DNA from: Trypethelium eluteriae
Lineage: Eukaryota
Direction of reading: 5' to 3'
NCBI GenBank assembly: GCA_051942245.1
Contig: JAVECL010000057.1
Span: 1 to 64,000 of the forward strand
Length of the DNA stretch: 64,000 nucleotides
Shown here: piece by piece, positions 59,804 to 64,000 of the stretch
Layout: each line of letters starts with the position of its first letter
How positions within the stretch are numbered: the stretch's first letter is position 1
Program-made: the position numbers and the translations under genes
Notes under the pieces: generated by a model
What the model was told of the DNA's origin: nothing
The model's input: only the letters and a program-made list of their open reading frames with translations
Database searches by the model: none

Positions 59804-62800
59804 TCAGCTCCCCGGGTAGGTGGACGAATGGGTGTGGTGCCCGCCGAGCGCGCCCTCACCGAAGTCGCTCGCATCTAATGGGGATGTGACGAACGACTGC
59901 TGTCCGCTTCCAGCTGCGACTGCATTGCTGATGGAGAATGCGCCTGGCTGGGCGTCGGAGGACGGGTGAGAATAGCCTGTCTGGAGGGGATGGGGAGAAT
60001 ACTGTCGGGCTATAGCAGCATTCAACCCATTACCGGTGTAGATTGAGGGTTGGTTTGGGAAAAAGCCCTGGGCACCGCCAGTCACTTGGTGATGGAATTG
60101 GACGGGTGGATAGGTATGTGCTGAAGTGGACGAGGGCATAAGCGGCGCTTGCGCTGCGAGACCAACATCGGGTTTGGTGTCGACGTGCAGGGGAAATCCA
60201 CTTGCAGCAGGAGACAGCCCCTGCCTCATCCAATTCTGCGACGGCACTCTAACAGCTGGCGGTGGTCGAAAATCGATTTGCTGGGGTAAGCCAAAATTCT
60301 GAGTAGACGGTGGATTTGCCACCGAACCTCTGCCACCACCTGCCCGACTCTGCTCGAGAAGGCCGAGGACGGGGAGACTGATCTGCTCCAGATGTTTTGC
60401 AAGGTGGACTGTGAGCTTCTTCCAGCTACTGCAGATATTCCCACAGAAGCAGCAGGCCTCCTCTTCCGCACTCTTAGTAGTATCTTGCTTACACGAATCG
60501 ATCAATTCCCAGATATCTTTGTAATATCGCCCCCCAACCTGTATGGGGCCGGCCGGAACTACCCCAGACACAGACTTGCCAGTGCGCACTTTTGGCTCCG
60601 GAAGCGCATGCTCCCGCACTAGATGTTGCACGAAATTGTCTTTCCGATGGCATGAGTGAGTACAGTCCTGATAATTGCAGTTCCAAGACTCCAGATGACG
60701 GTGTCGTTCGTTTTCGTGTCTCACCCAGTCCGCCTTACGCTTGAAGGATTTGGTCTCTGTACATAGCTCAAACGTGCATGTAAATGGCGACACATCCTCA
60801 TGAACGTGCTTGGTCCAATCCGAAGGCTTGATGAATGCCTTTACTTTGAAGCACAACGGACATTCGAATTCTGCCGGTAACCTTTCAACTGGCGGGAGAG
60901 GAATGCCAGAAGGGAATTGTGCCGGGACGATCAAGCCATCATTAGGGTTGGCATTATCTCTATCGTCCTCGGATATAGGAGATGTCAAGACTTGAAACCC
61001 TGCCGTCGTTGTTGCAGTATTCTTATTATTGGTTCGTAGAGGTAACAGTTTTGAAGAGCCACCAAGGTCAAAACAGCGATCCCCAGATGAGCATTTATGA
61101 CCCTTGACATATTTCGCGTGCTCTGTTCGAGCGTCAAGAAGCTTTTTGTATCTTCTCACCTGCTCAGTCGCAATTCGATCAGCCAGATATGGAGCGAGCC
61201 GGGGATTTAGTGAGAGGACATGGCTCTTGAAGCCTTCAAAGGTTGGAACGATTCGCTCAAAACGGACATCCATATTCATGGCTACTGAATTGATCTGCGA
61301 TGGCTCAACACCTGTGTCGAAATCTGCGTCATCGGCTTCTGGATCAAGCGACAATGATTGCAAATGCTCTAACTCGTTACCGGGAGAAGCGAGTTTCAGC
61401 ATTGGGGGACCGCCATGTTGAGTCATGAGATCTGTGAGGCCCGGAGATCGCGAGATGTCGCTCTTGCTTCTGCTTCGGTGGAGTACGATGTTTTTCGCTT
61501 GCGTCCAAGGAGTCAGAGAGCTAGAAGAGACAGCACTTGAGGGTTCATGAGGAGAACGAGTTCCCCCAGTATTAGTATCAATCCGAGGTGATCGCGGTCG
61601 ACGAGTATTCACATTGAGCTTCGGTGCCTGTAGCCTAGTATCGCTGTTTTGGGACTGATTCTCAGGACGCGGCTGGTTTTGGTTGGGAGTCATCGAGTTT
61701 GTGCTCTTTCGCTTAAGAAGACTGCTATTCGGACGTTTGGCCATGAGATTGGTAAAGAGGCCACTAGATTTTTGCGCCTCTGCTTTTGATCTTGCTGCTG
61801 ATTTCCCTCTCGCTGAGGATGCTACGCCTATTGGGATAGAGGCTATACTTTCGAGGTCAGTATCGCTACGACGTCGAGATCCTATTGTAGCAGAGCGGGA
61901 GGCAGTCTCTATGTCTCTTGATCGCTGATAGAATTTCATCATTGCAGCATTTGACGTTGCAGGTTGGTACCTTTCACCAGTATATGTCGAGTCTTTCGGA
62001 CCATCATTCCAAGGTAGAGAGTTGTATCGCCGAGACTGCTCTTGGTAATTAGGAGGTGAGGGTGAGGGGCTTCTCTGCACCTCGACTGAGGCGTCGATGT
62101 CCGCGGGAGGCGAGTCATCCTTATCAGCGCTGAAGGACGATCTGTCCGCGTCATCTTCGAGATCACTTTGCTCTTGAATCTTGATCCCGGGTCCTGGGAT
62201 GTGGGAATCATCATCGAAGTCCTCTTGCTCGTAGGTATAAGGATCCCCTGTACTCTTAGTCCTCCGGCGAGGTTTATTTTCGTTGGCCGGAGGTGCTAGT
62301 TGAGATCGATCAGTCGCTATAGACTTCTCAACCTCATTGCTACCGAGCCATTCCTCTACGTCGGCATTACGTTCATCTAGAAATCGCTGCTGCTCTTGCT
62401 CTTGGATGGTAGGGACGACGGCATTGCTTATTTTGCCACGAGATTCCGGTGCAACACCCGACTGGCCAGTACTTTCATTGGGTATCCATGAGCCATCAAT
62501 AGAGCGTTCAACGGTGTACGCAGCTGCACTTTGGCCATTGGTGGTGTTCGGAGAGGATCGTTTCCGAGTGGTACGGTTCTGAGACCCACTATTACTGACT
62601 TGGCCGGCCTGAGTCTTGGATACCTGGGGTCCCATGATTTCAGTATACGGAACGTACTGAGTCTGGTCTTCGGGTAAAGTCATATCTCCATAGTTTGATA
62701 CGTGATATGGACTCGTCAGTTGGGCTGTGTCTTCTTGGAGTTGAGATGTTTGCTGATTCGCAGGACTAGCGCTTGCCGCCGGGCTGTAATGATGAGTGAT

Positions 62801-63478
62801 TCCATGTGTATAGGGTGGTAAGGAAGCTATCGGTGGTGTTAATACTGGCGGCCCAGAAACTAGATTCGGCTCGGTACTTGAAATGGGCATAGGTGGTGCA
62901 AACGCGTGTTCCCCAGTTCCCGAAGCGGGACTCGAGGTTCCAGTCAACTCCGGGCTTAGGAGCTGTGTATTTCCTCGATATTTGCCGTCAAATGAAGAGT
63001 TCCAAGATAAATTGGATGTCGAGATAGGATGGGACGTGGCATCTGGGTTGGACGTGCTGCCATCATCATCAAGTACTAATCTCGGTCCGAAACTCTCGTC
63101 CAATTGATCATCCAGGTAGGCAGGGCTTGCTTGATTGCTTAAATCAGGGAATCCATAATCTGAGATTAGACCGGCCGAACTCCGTCGATCTTGGAATGCC
63201 GAAGGTGACTGCATAAGATGGCTGTTGGATGAGCTATGGGGAGGTTGGAGACCGAGCACGAAATCGCCGTACTCGTTCTGTGCTTGAGGCTGCTGAAGTT
63301 GCTGCCAATTTATCTGACCTCCACTCTCTGAGTAGCCGGGGAATAGCATCTGTGGTGGTGCTTGTTGAGTCTCCATCTGTGTAGCCTCGGGGTAGATATC
63401 AGATCCTCGAGACTTCCAGAAAACGGTAGAGCCTCGGTCATTTATTTCACTGTCTCCACGCTGAGAAGGGAAGGCCAT
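59804..63478 (-). CDS. C2H2 zinc-finger transcription factor, 1224 aa, intronless
   Basis: FECPLCFKVK..KPSDWTKHVHEDVSPFTCTF..C..SFKRKADWVRHENERHRH..WNC...C..RKDNFVQHLVREH, and CCFC..KLTVHLAKH. Confidence 0.9.
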   Translation of the reverse strand: MAFPSQRGDSEINDRGSTVFWKSRGSDIYPEATQMETQQAPPQMLFPGYSESGGQINWQQLQQPQAQNEYGDFVLGLQPPHSSSNSHLMQSPSAFQDRRSSAGLISDYGFPDLSNQASPAYLDDQLDESFGPRLVLDDDGSTSNPDATSHPISTSNLSWNSSFDGKYRGNTQLLSPELTGTSSPASGTGEHAFAPPMPISSTEPNLVSGPPVLTPPIASLPPYTHGITHHYSPAASASPANQQTSQLQEDTAQLTSPYHVSNYGDMTLPEDQTQYVPYTEIMGPQVSKTQAGQVSNSGSQNRTTRKRSSPNTTNGQSAAAYTVERSIDGSWIPNESTGQSGVAPESRGKISNAVVPTIQEQEQQRFLDERNADVEEWLGSNEVEKSIATDRSQLAPPANENKPRRRTKSTGDPYTYEQEDFDDDSHIPGPGIKIQEQSDLEDDADRSSFSADKDDSPPADIDASVEVQRSPSPSPPNYQEQSRRYNSLPWNDGPKDSTYTGERYQPATSNAAMMKFYQRSRDIETASRSATIGSRRRSDTDLESIASIPIGVASSARGKSAARSKAEAQKSSGLFTNLMAKRPNSSLLKRKSTNSMTPNQNQPRPENQSQNSDTRLQAPKLNVNTRRPRSPRIDTNTGGTRSPHEPSSAVSSSSLTPWTQAKNIVLHRSRSKSDISRSPGLTDLMTQHGGPPMLKLASPGNELEHLQSLSLDPEADDADFDTGVEPSQINSVAMNMDVRFERIVPTFEGFKSHVLSLNPRLAPYLADRIATEQVRRYKKLLDARTEHAKYVKGHKCSSGDRCFDLGGSSKLLPLRTNNKNTATTTAGFQVLTSPISEDDRDNANPNDGLIVPAQFPSGIPLPPVERLPAEFECPLCFKVKAFIKPSDWTKHVHEDVSPFTCTFELCTETKSFKRKADWVRHENERHRHLESWNCNYQDCTHSCHRKDNFVQHLVREHALPEPKVRTGKSVSGVVPAGPIQVGGRYYKDIWELIDSCKQDTTKSAEEEACCFCGNICSSWKKLTVHLAKHLEQISLPVLGLLEQSRAGGGRGSVANPPSTQNFGLPQQIDFRPPPAVRVPSQNWMRQGLSPAASGFPLHVDTKPDVGLAAQAPLMPSSTSAHTYPPVQFHHQVTGGAQGFFPNQPSIYTGNGLNAAIARQYSPHPLQTGYSHPSSDAQPGAFSISNAVAAGSGQQSFVTSPLDASDFGEGALGGHHTHSSTYPGS

Positions 63479-64000
63479 TTGTTTGTCTGTGGCAGCTTCT
63501 CAGCAACCCAGTCAAAGACGAACCAGGCCCTTCTGATACGCTTAATCAAGGAATTAGACAGACAATTCTTTTGTTTTATGCAAGACTTTTTCCAGGAGAG
63601 GGTGTCACTTCCCGACTAAGAGTCGTTTCTGTAGATCAAACGAGGTGGAACAGGTGCAGGAGTGATTTGGAAGGCAAGACTGACGCTGCTTTCTGATGTT
63701 GATCCACACTTAGAATATTGCGTACTTGAGCGTGATCGACTGTTTGGATGAAGTGATAAAAGACGCACACGATGACAATGAATAACAGAAAGATCAATGG
63801 CAGCGCATGCACTGCTTTGATATTGCAATAATTGTTGGTTAGTAGCAAATAGGACAAGTCGCATCACACGGCTGTCAGACGCTGGGCTAGCGCGAACAGT
63901 CTGAAAGACGAGGTAACAGCGTGGAAACTTGAAGCAAGTCGGAGACTGTTCGAACTGGTATCAGAAAAGGACGCAGATTCTAATGATGCCAGGCTGTCGT

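Overview
Gene-dense, intron-containing DNA from a filamentous ascomycete (Pezizomycotina; GT-AG introns of about 50-150 nt with CTRAC/CTAAC branch sites). Housekeeping genes (PXMP4-like peroxisomal membrane protein, mitochondrial ornithine carrier, CGR1, TspO/MBR, Ars2/Serrate, a PX-domain protein, two C2H2 zinc-finger genes) are interrupted by two accessory-looking blocks. Block 1 (about 9-21 kb) holds a GPI-type surface protein and a head-to-head pair of an intronless TPR-CHAT caspase-like protease and an RCD-1/HET-Q1-like gasdermin, with a degenerate inverted repeat in their shared promoter. Block 2 (about 30.5-54.6 kb) holds a cluster of four cytochrome P450s, an Erg26-like 3-beta-HSD, a secreted FAD oxidase and a PTH11-like membrane protein, with no PKS, NRPS or terpene cyclase; it is a candidate sterol-tailoring pathway. 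It is followed by a secreted SRPBCC protein, a frameshifted PNP-NACHT-WD40 NLR and a DEDDh exonuclease frameshifted in a T11 run. A large protein with Trp-Gly-Asn octapeptide repeats lies at 4.5-8.2 kb. No tRNA, rRNA, CRISPR array or intact transposon was recognised. All family calls come from motifs recognised by eye, not from database searches, and exon boundaries were read manually.
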